From: Utricularia gibba
Lineage: Eukaryota > Plantae > Magnoliophyta
Direction of reading: 5' to 3'
DNA: 20,345 nucleotides
Assembly (NCBI GenBank): GCA_002189035.1
Contig: NEEC01000445.1
Span: 1-20,345, forward strand
Below are positions 1-12,373 of this stretch, piece after piece. The notes under the pieces are model-generated. The model had not been told where the DNA came from, made no database searches, and saw only the letters and a program-made list of their open reading frames with translations. Both the position numbers and the translations under genes were made by a program. Position 1 is the first letter of the stretch. Each line of letters starts with the position of its first letter.

Positions 1-2402
1 TTCCTTGAAAAACCATGTAAGCCCCCGAAAACCGAACGATAATAAATACATCACTTTATTTGTCGGGCTACAACTAACTCTCGCGCAAGCCAAACCTTAC
101 CTTTGTCCCGTTCCAGTGCACCCAAGACCGCCTCCTCAAGTATAAAGTAAGTTGTTGAAAAATCATGTGGGGTGCACGTGATATCGCAATTTAAACAAAT
201 GCATCATTTTTTTTAATCGATTTGCATCCGGTTGACCTCATGAGCCATACAGAATCGGGGTCAAGGACCAAGTTCCCAGCGAGACTGGCCGCCACAAAAC
301 GAGAAGCGGTTCCTTGAAAAACCATGTAGGAAGCCCCGAAAACCGAACGATAATAAATACATCACTTTATTTGCCGGGCTACAACTAACTCTCGCGCAAG
401 CCAAACCTTACCTTTGTCCCGTTCCAGTGCACCCAAGACCGCCTCCTCAAGTATAAAGTAAGTTGTTGAAAAAATCATGTGGGGTGCACGTGATATCGCA
501 ATTTAAACAAATGCATCATTTTTTTTTAATCGATTTGCATCGGTTGACCTCATGAGCCATACAGAATCGGGGTAAAGGACCAAGTTCCCAGCGAGACTGG
601 CCGCCACAAAACGAGAAGCGGTTCTTGAAAAACCATGTAGGCAGCCCCGAAAACCGAACGATAATAAATACATCACTTTTATTGCGGGCTATAACTAACT
701 CTCGGCGCAAGCCAAACCTTACCTTTGTCCCGTTCAGGTGCACCCAAGACCGCTCCTCAAGTATAAAGTAAGTTGTTGAAAAAATCATGTGGGGTGCACG
801 TGATATCGCAATTTAAACAAATGCATCATTTTTTTTAATCGATTTGCATCCGGTTGACCTCATGAGCCATACAGAATCGGGGTCAAGGACCAAGTTCCCA
901 GCGAGACTGGCCGCCACAAAACGAGAAGCGGTTCCTTGAAAAACCATGTAGGCAGCCCCCGAAAACCGAACGATAATAAATACATCACTTTATTTGCCGG
1001 GCTACAACTAACTCTCGGCGCAAGCCAAACCTTACCTTTGTCCCGTTCAGGTGCACCCCAAGACCGCCTCCTCAAGTATAAAGTAAGTTGTTGAAAAAAT
1101 CATGTGGGGTGCACGTGATATCGCAATTTAAACAAATGCATCATTTTTTTTAATCGATTTGCATCCGGTTGACCTCATGAGCCATACAGAATCGGGTCAA
1201 GGACCAAGTTCCCAGCGAGACTGGCCGCCACAAAACGAAGCGGTTCCTTGAAAAACCATGTAGGCAGCCCCCGAAAACCGAACGATAATAAATACATCAC
1301 TTTATTTGCCGGGCTACAACTAACTCTCGCGCAAGCCAAACCTTACCTTTGTCCCGTTCCAGTGCACCCCAAGACCGCCTCCTCAAGTATAAAGTAAGTT
1401 GTTGAAAAAATCATGTGGGGTGCACATGATATCGCAATTTAAACAAATGCATCATTTTTTTAATCGATTTGCATCCGGTTGACCTCATGAGCCATACAGA
1501 ATCGGGGTAAAGGACCAATTTCCCAGCGAGACTGGCCGCCACAAACGAGAAGCGGTTCCTTGAAAAACCATGTAGGCAGCCCCCGAAAACCGAACGATAA
1601 TAAATACATCACTTTATTGTGGGGCTACAACTAACTCTCGGCGCAAGCCAAACCTTACCTTTGTCCCGTTCAGGTGCACCCAAGACCGCCTCCTCAAGTA
1701 TAAAGTAAGTTGTTGAAAAAATCATGTGGGGTGCACGTGATATCGCAATTTAAACAAATGCATCATTTTTTTTAATCGATTTGCATCCGGTTGACCTCAT
1801 GAGCCATACAGAATCGGGGTCAAGGACCAAGTTCCCAGCGAGACTGGCGCCACAAAACGAGAAGCGGTTCCTTGAAAAACCATGTAGGCAGCCCCCGAAA
1901 ACCGAACGATAATAAATACATCACTTTATTTGTCGGGCTACAACTAACTCTCGGCGCAAGCCAAACCTTACCTTTGTCCCGTTCCAGTGCACCCCAAGAC
2001 CGCCTCCTCAAGTATAAAGTAAGTTGTTGAAAAAATCATGTGGGGTGCACGTGATATCGCAATTTAAACAAATGCATCATTTTTTTTTAATCGATTTGCA
2101 TCCGGTTGACCTCATGAGCCATACAGAATCGGGGTCAAGGACCAAGTTCCCAGCGAGACTGGCCGCCACAAAACGAGAAGCGGTTCCTTGAAAAACCATG
2201 TAGGCAGCCCCCGAAAACCGAACGATAATAAATACATCACTTTATTTGCCGGGCTACAACTAACTCTCGGCGCAAGCCAAACCTTACCTTTGTCCCGTTC
2301 CAGTGCACCCAAGACCGCCTCCTCAAGTATAAAGTAAGTTGTTGAAAAAATCATGTGGGTGCACGTGATATCGCAATTTAAACAAATGCATCATTTTTTT
2401 TA

Positions 2403-2667
2403 ATCGATTTGCATCCGGTTGACCTCATGCAGGAAAAACCAGAGCGGTTCCTTGAAAAACCATGTAGGCAGCCCCGAAAACCGAACGATAATAAATACAT
2501 CACTTTATTTGTCGGGCTACAACTAACTCTCGGCGCAAGCCAAACCTTACCTTTGTCCCGTTCCAGTGCACCCCAAGACCGCCTCCTCAAGTATAAAGTA
2601 AGTTGTTGAAAAAATCATGTGGGGTGCACATGATATCGCAATTTAAACAAATGCATCATTTTTTTTA
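2403..2667. repeat. Truncated monomer (265 bp): 62 bp of subunit B replaced by 13-nt filler CAGGAAAAACCAG (2430-2442)
   Basis: Reads GACCTCATG-CAGGAAAAACCAG-AGCGGTTCC instead of consensus GACCTCATG-AGCCATACAG...AAAACGAGA-AGCGGTTCC; the anchor spacing here is 264 bp. Confidence 0.85.
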
Positions 2668-2976
2668 ATCGATTTGCATCCGGTTGACCTCATGAGCCAT
2701 ACAGAATCGGGGTCAAGGACCAAGTTCCCAGCGAGACTGGCCGCCACAAAACGAAGCGGTTCCTTGAAAAACCATGTAGGCAGCCCCGAAACCGAACGAT
2801 AATAAATACATCACTTTATTTGTCGGGCTACAACTAACTCTCGCGCAAGCCAAACCTTACCTTTGTCCCGTTCCAGCTGCACCCAAGACCGCCTCCTCAA
2901 GTATAAAGTAAGTTGTTGAAAAATCATGTGGGGTGCACATGATATCGCAATTTAAACAAATGCATCATTTTTTTTA

Positions 2977-5900
2977 ATCGATTTGCATTCGGTTGACCTC
3001 ATGAGCCATACAGAATCGGGGTAAAGGACCAAGTTCCCAGCGAGACTGGCCGCCACAAAACGAGAAGCGGTTCCTTGAAAAACCATGTAGGCAGCCCCGA
3101 AAACCGAACGATAATAAATACATCACTTTATTTGTGGGCTACAACTAACTCTCGGCGCAAGCCAAACCTTACCTTTGTCCCGTTCAGGTGCACCCCAAGA
3201 CCGCCTCCTCAAGTATAAAGTAAGTTGTTGAAAAAATCATGTGGGTGCACGTGATATCGCAATTTAAACAAATGCATCATTTTTTTTAATCGATTTGCAT
3301 CCGGTTGACCTCATGACCATACAGAATCGGGGTCAAGGACCAAGTTCCCAGCGAGACTGGCCGCCACAAAACGAGAAGCGGTTCCTTGAAAAACCATGTA
3401 GGCAGCCCCCGAAAACCGAACGATAATAAATACATCACTTTATTTGCCGGGCTACAACTAACTCTCGCGCAAGCCAAACCTTACCTTTGTCCCGTTCCAG
3501 CTGCACCCCAAGACCGCCTCCTCAAGTATAAAGTAAGTTGTTGAAAAAATCATGTGGGGTGCACATGATATCGCAATTTAAACAAATGCATCATTTTTTT
3601 TAATCGATTTCCATCCGGTTGACCTCATGAGCCATACAGAATCGGGGTCAAGGACCAAGTTCCCAGCGAGACTGGCCGCCACAAAACGAGAAGCGGTTCC
3701 TTGAAAAACCATGTAGGCAGCCCCCGAAAACCGAACGATAATAAATACATCACTTTATTTGTCGGGCTACAACTAACTCTCGGCGCAAGCCAAACCTTAC
3801 CTTTGTCCGTTCAGGTGCACCCAAGACCGCCTCCTCAAGTATAAAGTAAGTTGTTGAAAAAAATCATGTGGGTGCACGTGATATCGCAATTTAAACAAAT
3901 GCATCATTTTTTTTAATCGATTTGCATCCGGTTGACCTCATGAGCCATACAGAATCGGGGTCAAGGACCAAGTTCCCAGCGAGACTGGCCGCCACAAAAC
4001 GAGAAGCGGTTCCTTGAAAAACCATGTAGGCAGCCCCCGAAAACCGAACGATAATAAATACATCACTTTATTTGCCGGGCTACAACTAACTCTCGCGCAA
4101 GCCAAACCTTACCTTTGTCCCGTTCCAGCTGCACCCCAAGACCGCCTCCTCAAGTATAAAGTAAGTTGTTGAAAAAATCATGTGGGGTGCACATGATATC
4201 GCAATTTAAACAAATGCATCATTTTTTTTAATCGATTTGCATCCGGTTGACCTCATGAGCCATACAGAATCGGGGTCAAGGACCAAGTTCCCAGCGAGAC
4301 TGGCCGCCACAAAACGAGAAGCGGTTCCTTGAAAAACCATGTAGGCAGCCCCGAAAACCGAACGATAATAAATACATCACTTTATTTGTCGGGCTACAAC
4401 TAACTCTCGCGCAAGCCAAACCTTACCTTTGTCCCGTTCCAGCTGCACCCCAAGACCGCCTCCTCAAGTATAAAGTAAGTTGTTGAAAAAATCATGTGGG
4501 GTGCACATGATATCGCAATTTAAACAAATGCATCATTTTTTTTTAATCGATTTGCATCCGGTTGACCTCATGAGCCATACAGAATCGGGGGTAAGGACCA
4601 ATTTCCCAGCGAGACTGGCCGCCACAAAACGAGAAGCGGTTCCTTGAAAAACCATGTAGGCAGCCCCGAAAACCGAACGATATAAATACATCACTTTATT
4701 TGTCGGGCTACAACTAACTCTCGGCGCAAGCCAAACCTTACCTTTGTCCCGTTCAGGTGCACCCCAAGACCGCCTCCCCAAGTATAAAGTAAGTTGTTGA
4801 AAAAATCATGTGGGGTGCACGTGATATCGCAATTTAAACAAATGCATCATTTTTTTTAATCGATTTGCATCCGGTTGACCTCATGAGCCATACAGAATCG
4901 GGGTCAAGGACCAAGTTCCCAGCGAGACTGGCCGCCACAAAACGAGAAGCGGTTCCTTGAAAAACCATGTAGGCAGCCCCCGAAAACCGAACGATAATAA
5001 ATACATCACTTTATTTGCCGGGCTACAACTAACTCTCGCGCAAGCCAAACCTTACCTTTGTCCCGTTCCAGCTGCACCCCAAGACCGCCTCCTCAAGTAT
5101 AAAGTAAGTTGTTGAAAAAATCATGTGGGGTGCACATGATATCGCAATTTAAACAAATGCATCATTTTTTTTAATCGATTTGCATCCGGTTGACCTCATG
5201 AGCCATACAGAATCGGGGTCAAGGACCAAGTTCCCAGCGAGACTGGCCGCCACAAAACGAGAAGCGGTTCCTTGAAAAACCATGTAGGCAGCCCCGAAAA
5301 CCGAACGATAATAAATACATCACTTTATTTGTCGGGCTACAACTAACTCTCGGCGCAAGCCAAACCTTACCTTTGTCCCGTTCCAGCTGCACCCCAAGAC
5401 CGCCTCCTCAAGTATAAAGTAAGTTGTTGAAAAAATCATGTGGGGTGCACATGATATCGCAATTTAAACAAATGCATCATTTTTTTTAATCGATTTGCAT
5501 CCGGTTGACCTCATGAGCCATACAGAATCGGGGTCAAGGACCAAGTTCCCAGCGAGACTGGCCGCCACAAAACGAGAAGCGGTTCCTTGAAAAACCATGT
5601 AGGCAGCCCCGAAAACCGAACGATAATAAATACATCACTTTATTTGTCGGGCTACAACTAACTCTCGGCGCAAGCCAAACCTTACCTTTGTCCCGTTCAG
5701 GTGCACCCCAAGACCGCCTCCTCAAGTATAAAGTAAGTTGTTGAAAAAATCATGTGGGTGCACGTGATATCGCAATTTAAACAAATGCATCATTTTTTTT
5801 AATCGATTTGCATCCGGTTGACCTCATGAGCCATACAGAATCGGGGTCAAGGACCAAGTTCCCAGCGAGACTGGCCGCCACAAAACGAGAAGCGGTTCCT

Positions 5901-8900
5901 TGAAAAACCATGTAGGCAGCCCCGAAAACCGAACGATAATAAATACATCACTTTATTTGTCGGGCTACAACTAACTCTCGCGCAAGCCAAACCTTACCTT
6001 TGTCCCGTTCCAGTGCACCCCAAGACCGCCTCCTCAAGTATAAAGTAAGTTGTTGAAAAAATCATGTGGGGTGCACGTGATATCGCAATTTAAACAAATG
6101 CATCATTTTTTTTAATCGATTTGCATCCGGTTGACCTCATGAGCCATACAGAATCGGGGTCAAGGACCAAGTTCCCAGCGAGACTGGCCGCCACAAAACG
6201 AGAAGCGGTTCCTTGAAAAACCATGTAGGCAGCCCCCGAAAACCGAACGATAATAAATACATCACTTTATTTGTCGGGCTACAACTAACTCTCGGCGCAA
6301 GCCAAACCTTACCTTTGTCCCGTTCAGTGCACCCAAGACCGCCTCCTCAAGTATAAAGTAAGTTGTTGAAAAAATCATGTGGGGTGCACGTGATATCGCA
6401 ATTTAAACAAATGCATCATTTTTTTTAATCGATTTGCATCCGGTTGACCTCATGAGCCATACAGAATCGGGGTCAAGGACCAAGTTCCCAGCGAGACTGG
6501 CCGCCACAAAACGAGAAGCGTTCCTTGAAAAACCATGTAGGCAGCCCCCGAAAACCGAACGATAATAAATACATCACTTTATTTGCCGGGCTACAACTAA
6601 CTCTCGCGCAAGCCAAACCTTACCTTTGTCCCGTTCCAGTGCACCCCAAGACCGCCTCCTCAAGTATAAAGTAAGTTGTTGAAAAAATCATGTGGGTGCA
6701 CATGATATCGCAATTTAAACAAATGCATCATTTTTTTTAATCGATTTGCATCCGGTTGACCTCATGAGCCATACAGAATCGGGGTCAAGGACCAAGTTCC
6801 CAGCGAGACTGGCCGCCACAAAACGAGAAGCGGTTCCTTGAAAAACCATGTAGGCAGCCCCGAAAACCGAACGATAATAAATACATCACTTTATTGTCGG
6901 GCTACAACTAACTCTCGGCGCAAGCCAAACCTTACCTTTGTCCCGTTCAGGTGCACCCCAAGACCGCCTCCTCAAGTATAAAGTAAGTTGTTGAAAAAAA
7001 TCATGTGGGTGCACGTGATATCGCAATTTAAACAAATGCATCATTTTTTTTAATCGATTTGCATCCGGTTGACCTCATGAGCCATACAGAATCGGGGTCA
7101 AGACCAAGTTCCCAGCGAGACTGGCCGCCACAAAACGAGAAGCGGTTCCTTGAAAAACCATGTAGGCAGCCCCCGAAAACCGAACGATAATAAATACATC
7201 ACTTTATTTGCCGGGCTACAACTAACTCTCGCGCAAGCCAAACCTTACCTTTGTCCCGTTCCAGCTGCACCCCAAGACCGCCTCCTCAAGTATAAAGTAA
7301 GTTGTTGAAAAAATCATGTGGGGTGCACATGATATCGCAATTTAAACAAATGCATCATTTTTTTTAATCGATTTGCATCCGGTTGACCTCATGAGCCATA
7401 CAGAATCGGGGTCAAGGACCAAGTTCCCAGCGAGACTGGCCGCCACAAAACGAGAAGCGGTTCCTTGAAAAACCATGTAGGCAGCCCCGAAAACCGAACG
7501 ATAAAAATACATCACTTTATTGTCGGGCTACAACTAACTCTCGCGCAAGCCAAACCTTACCTTTGTCCCGTTCCAGCTGCACCCAAGACCGCCTCCTCAA
7601 GTATAAAGTAAGTTGTTGAAAAATCATGTGGGGTGCACATGATATCGCAATTTAAACAAATGCATCATTTTTTTTAATCGATTTGCATCCGGTTGACCTC
7701 ATGAGCCATACAGAATCGGGGTAAAGGACCAAGTTCCCAGCGAGACTGGCCGCCACAAAACGAGAAGCGGTTCCTTGAAAAACCATGTAGGCAGCCCCGA
7801 AAACCGAACGATATAAATACATCACTTTATTTGGCGGGCTACAACTAACTCTCGGCGCAAGCCAAACCTTACCTTTGTCCCGTTCAGGTGCACCCCAAGA
7901 CCGCCTCCTCAAGTATAAAGTAAGTTGTTGAAAAAATCATGTGGGGTGCACGTGATATCGCAATTTAAACAAATGCATCATTTTTTTTAATCGATTTGCA
8001 TCCGGTTGACCTCATGAGCCATACAGAATCGGGGTCAAGGACCAAGTTCCCAGCGAGACTGGCCGCCACAAAACGAGAAGCGGTTCCTTGAAAAACCATG
8101 TAGGCAGCCCCGAAAACCGAACGATAATAAATACATCACTTTATTTGTCGGGCTACAACTAACTCTCGCGCAAGCCAAACCTTACCTTTGTCCCGTTCCA
8201 GTGCACCCAAGACCGCCTCCTCAAGTATAAAGTAAGTTGTTGAAAAAATCATGTGGGGTGCACGTGATATCGCAATTTAAACAAATGCATCATTTTTTTT
8301 AATCGATTTGCATCCGGTTGACCTCATGAGCCATACAGAATCGGGGTCAAGGACCAAGTTCCCAGCGAGACTGGCCGCCACAAAACGAGAAGCGGTTCCT
8401 TGAAAAACCATGTAGGCAGCCCCGAAAACCGAACGATAATAAAACATCACTTTATTTGTCGGGCTACAACTAACTCTCGCGCAAGCCAAACCTTACCTTT
8501 GTCCCGTTCCAGCTGCACCCAAGACCGCCTCCTCAAGTATAAAGTAAGTTGTTGAAAAAATCATGTGGGGTGCACATGATATCGCAATTTAAACAAATGC
8601 ATCATTTTTTTTAATCGATTTGCGGTTGACCTCATGAGCCATACAGAATCGGGGTCAAGGACCAAGTTCCCAGCGAGACTGGCCGCCACAAAACGAGAAG
8701 CGGTTCCTTGAAAAACCATGTAGGCAGCCCCGAAAACCGAACGATAATAAATACATCACTTTATTTGTCGGGCTACAACTAACTCTCGGCGCAAGCCAAA
8801 CCTTACCTTTGTCCCGTTCAGGTGCACCCAAGACCGCCTCCTCAAGTATAAAGTAAGTTGTTGAAAAAATCATGTGGGGTGCACGTGATATCGCAATTTA

Positions 8901-11900
8901 AACAAATGCATCATTTTTTTTAATCGATTTGCATCCGGTTGACCTCATGAGCCATACAGAATCGGGGTCAAGGACCAAGTTCCCAGCGAGACTGGCCGCC
9001 ACAAAACGAGAAGCGGTTCCTTGAAAAACCATGTAGGCAGCCCCCGAAAACCGAACGATAAAAATACATCACTTTATTTGTCGGGCTACAACTAACTCTC
9101 GGCAAGCCAAACCTTACCTTTGTCCCGTTCCAGCTGCACCCCAAGACCGCCTCCTCAAGTATAAAGTAAGTTGTTGAAAAAATCATGTGGGGTGCACATG
9201 ATATCGCAATTTAAACAAATGCATCATTTTTTTTAATCGATTTGCATTCGGTTGACCTCATGAGCCATACAGAATCGGGGTCAAGGACCAAGTTCCCAGC
9301 GAGACTGGCCGCCACAAAACGAGAAGCGGTTCCTTGAAAAACCATGTAGGCAGCCCCCGAAAACCGAACGATAATAAATACATCACTTTATTTGTCGGGC
9401 TACAACTAACTCTCGGCGCAAGCCAAACCTTACCTTTGTCCCGTTCAGGTGCACCCAAGACCGCCTCCTCAAGTATAAAGTAAGTTGTTGAAAAAATCAT
9501 GTGGGGTGCACGTGATATCGCAATTTAAACAAATGCATCATTTTTTTTAATCGATTTGCATCCGGTTGACCTCATGAGCCATACAGAATCGGGGTCAAGG
9601 ACCAAGTTCCCAGCGAGACTGGCCGCCACAAAACGAGAAGCGGTTCCTTGAAAAACCATGTAGGCAGCCCCCGAAAAACCGAACGATAAAAATACATCAC
9701 TTTATTTTGCCGGGCTACAACTAACTCTCGCGCAAGCCAAACCTTACCTTTGTCCCGTTCCAGCTGCACCCCAAGACCGCCTCCTCAAGTATAAAGTAAG
9801 TTGTTGAAAAAATCATGTGGGGTGCACATGATATCGCAATTTAAACAAATGCATCATTTTTTTTAATCGATTTGCATCCGGTTGACCTCATGAGCCATAC
9901 AGAATCGGGGTCAAGGACCAATTTCCCAGCGAGACTGGCCGCCACAAAACGAGAAGCGGTTCCTTGAAAAACCATGTAGGCAGCCCCGAAAACCGAACGA
10001 TAATAAATACATCACTTTATTTGTGGGGCTACAACTAACTCTCGGCGCAAGCCAAACCTTACCTTTGTCCCGTTCAAGTGCACCCCAAGACCGCCTCCTC
10101 AAGTATAAAGTAAGTTGTTGAAAAAAATCATGTGGGGTGCACGATATCGCAATTTAAACAAATGCATCATTTTTTTTAATCGATTTGCATCCGGTTGACC
10201 TCATGAGCCATACAGAATCGGGGTCAAGGACCAAGTTCCCAGCGAGACTGGCCGCCACAAAACGAGAAGCGGTTCCTTGAAAAACCATGTAGGCAGCCCC
10301 CGAAAACCGAACGATAATAAATACATCACTTTATTTGCCGGGCTACAACTAACTCTCGCGCAAGCCAAACCTTACCTTTGTCCCGTTCCAGCTGCACCCC
10401 AAGACCGCCTCCTCAAGTATAAAGTAAGTTGTTGAAAAAATCATGTGGGGTGCACATGATATCGCAATTTAAACAAATGCATCATTTTTTTAATCGATTT
10501 GCATCCGGTTGACCTCATGAGCCATACAGAATCGGGGTCAAGGACCAAGTTCCCAGCGAGACTGGCCGCCACAAAACGAGAAGCGGTTCCTTGAAAAACC
10601 ATGTAGGCAGCCCCGAAAACCGAACGATAATAAATACATCACTTTATTTGTCGGGCTACAACTAACTCTCGCGCAAGCCAAACCTTACCTTTGTCCCGTT
10701 CCAGTGCACCCAAGACCGCCTCCTCAAGTATAAAGTAAGTTGTTGAAAAAATCATGTGGGGTGCACATGATATCGCAATTTAAACAAATGCATCATTTTT
10801 TTTAATCGATTTGCATTCGGTTGACCTCATGAGCCATACAGAATCGGGTAAAGGACCAAGTTCCCAGCGAGACTGGCCGCCACAAAACGAGAAGCGGTTC
10901 CTTGAAAAACCATGTAGGCAGCCCCGAAAACCGAACGATAATAAATACATCACTTTATTTGTGGGCTACAACTAACTCTCGGCGCAAGCCAAACCTTACC
11001 TTTGTCCCGTTCAGGTGCACCCCAAGACCGCCTCCTCAAGTATAAAGTAAGTTGTTGAAAAAAATCATGTGGGGTGCACGTGATATCGCAATTTAAACAA
11101 ATGCATCATTTTTTTTAATCGATTTGCATCCGGTTGACCTCATGAGCCATACAGAATCGGGGTCAAGGACCAAGTTCCCAGCGAGACTGGCCGCCACAAA
11201 ACGAGAAGCGGTTCCTTGAAAAACCATGTAGGCAGCCCCCGAAAACCGAACGATAATAAATACATCACTTTATTTGTCGGGCTACAACTAACTCTCGCGC
11301 AAGCCAAACCTTACCTTTGTCCGTTCCAGCTGCACCCCAAGACCGCCTCCTCAAGTATAAAGTAAGTTGTTGAAAAATCATGTGGGGTGCACATGATATC
11401 GCAATTTAAACAAATGCATCATTTTTTTTAATCGATTTGCATCCGGTTGACCTCATGAGCCATACAGAATCGGGGTCAAGGACCAAGTTCCCAGCGAGAC
11501 TGGCCGCCACAAAACGAGAAGCGGTTCCTTGAAAAACCATGTAGGCAGCCCCGAAAACCGAACGATAATAAATACATCACTTTATTTGTCGGGCTACAAC
11601 TAACTCTCGGCGCAAGCCAAACCTTACCTTTGTCCCGTTCCAGCTGCACCCAAGACCGCCTCCTCAAGTATAAAGTAAGTTGTTGAAAAAATCATGTGGG
11701 GTGCACATGATATCGCAATTTAAACAAATGCATCATTTTTTTTAATCGATTTGCATCCGGTTGACCTCATGAGCCATACAAAATCGGGGTCAAGGACCAA
11801 GTTCCCAGCGAGACTGGCCGCCACAAAACGAGAAGCGGTTCCTTGAAAAACCATGTAGGCAGCCCCGAAAACCGAACGATATAAATACATCACTTTATTT

Positions 11901-12373
11901 GTCGGGCTACAACTAACTCTCGGCGCAAGCCAAACCTTACCTTTGTCCCGTTCCAGGTGCACCCCAAGACCGCCTCCTCAAGTATAAAGTAAGTTGTTGA
12001 AAAAAATCATGTGGGGTGCACGTGATATCGCAATTTAAACAAATGCATCATTTTTTTTAATCGATTTGCATCCGGTTGACCTCATGAGCCATACAGAATC
12101 GGGGTCAAGGACCAAGTTCCCAGCGAGACTGGCCGCCACAAAACGAGAAGCGGTTCCTTGAAAAACCATGTAGGCAGCCCCGAAAACCGAACGATAATAA
12201 ATACATCACTTTATTTGTCGGGCTACAACTAACTCTCGCGCAAGCCAAACCTTACCTTTGTCCCGTTCCAGCTGCACCCCAAGACCGCCTCCTCAAGTAT
12301 AAAGTAAGTTGTTGAAAAAATCATGTGGGGTGCACATGATATCGCAATTTAAACAAATGCATCATTTTTTTTA
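2977..12373. repeat. Higher-order repeat: 10 monomers (~3.13 kb) x 3 copies (2977-6114, 6115-9235, 9236-12373)
   Basis: The CAC[G/A]TG allele string per 10 monomers is GAGAAGAAGG / GAGAAGGAGA / GAGAAGAAGA. TGCCGGG occupies positions 2 and 4 of each copy. The GTAAAGG-type allele occupies position 6 of each copy (4592, 7722, 10849). Confidence 0.8.

Noticed and set aside
106-122. CENP-B box-like TCCCGTTCCAG (and CCCGAAAACCGAA)
   Set aside because: Matches only part of the reverse-complement box TCCCGYTTCCAACGAAR. The required CCCG-N2-T-N4-CGAA spacing is not met at either site.
172-243. Synthetic polylinker or cloned concatemer (many 6-cutter sites together)
   Set aside because: The block aligns with the diverged partner subunit and lies in an array with natural-looking subfamily structure; no vector or adapter sequence was seen.
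8616-8630. Single-copy small lesions such as GATTTGCGGTTG (loss of ATCC), CAAAACCAAG at about 13360, and noisy monomers 52-53 (about 15960-16330)
   Set aside because: Each is seen once and is indistinguishable from local sequencing error.
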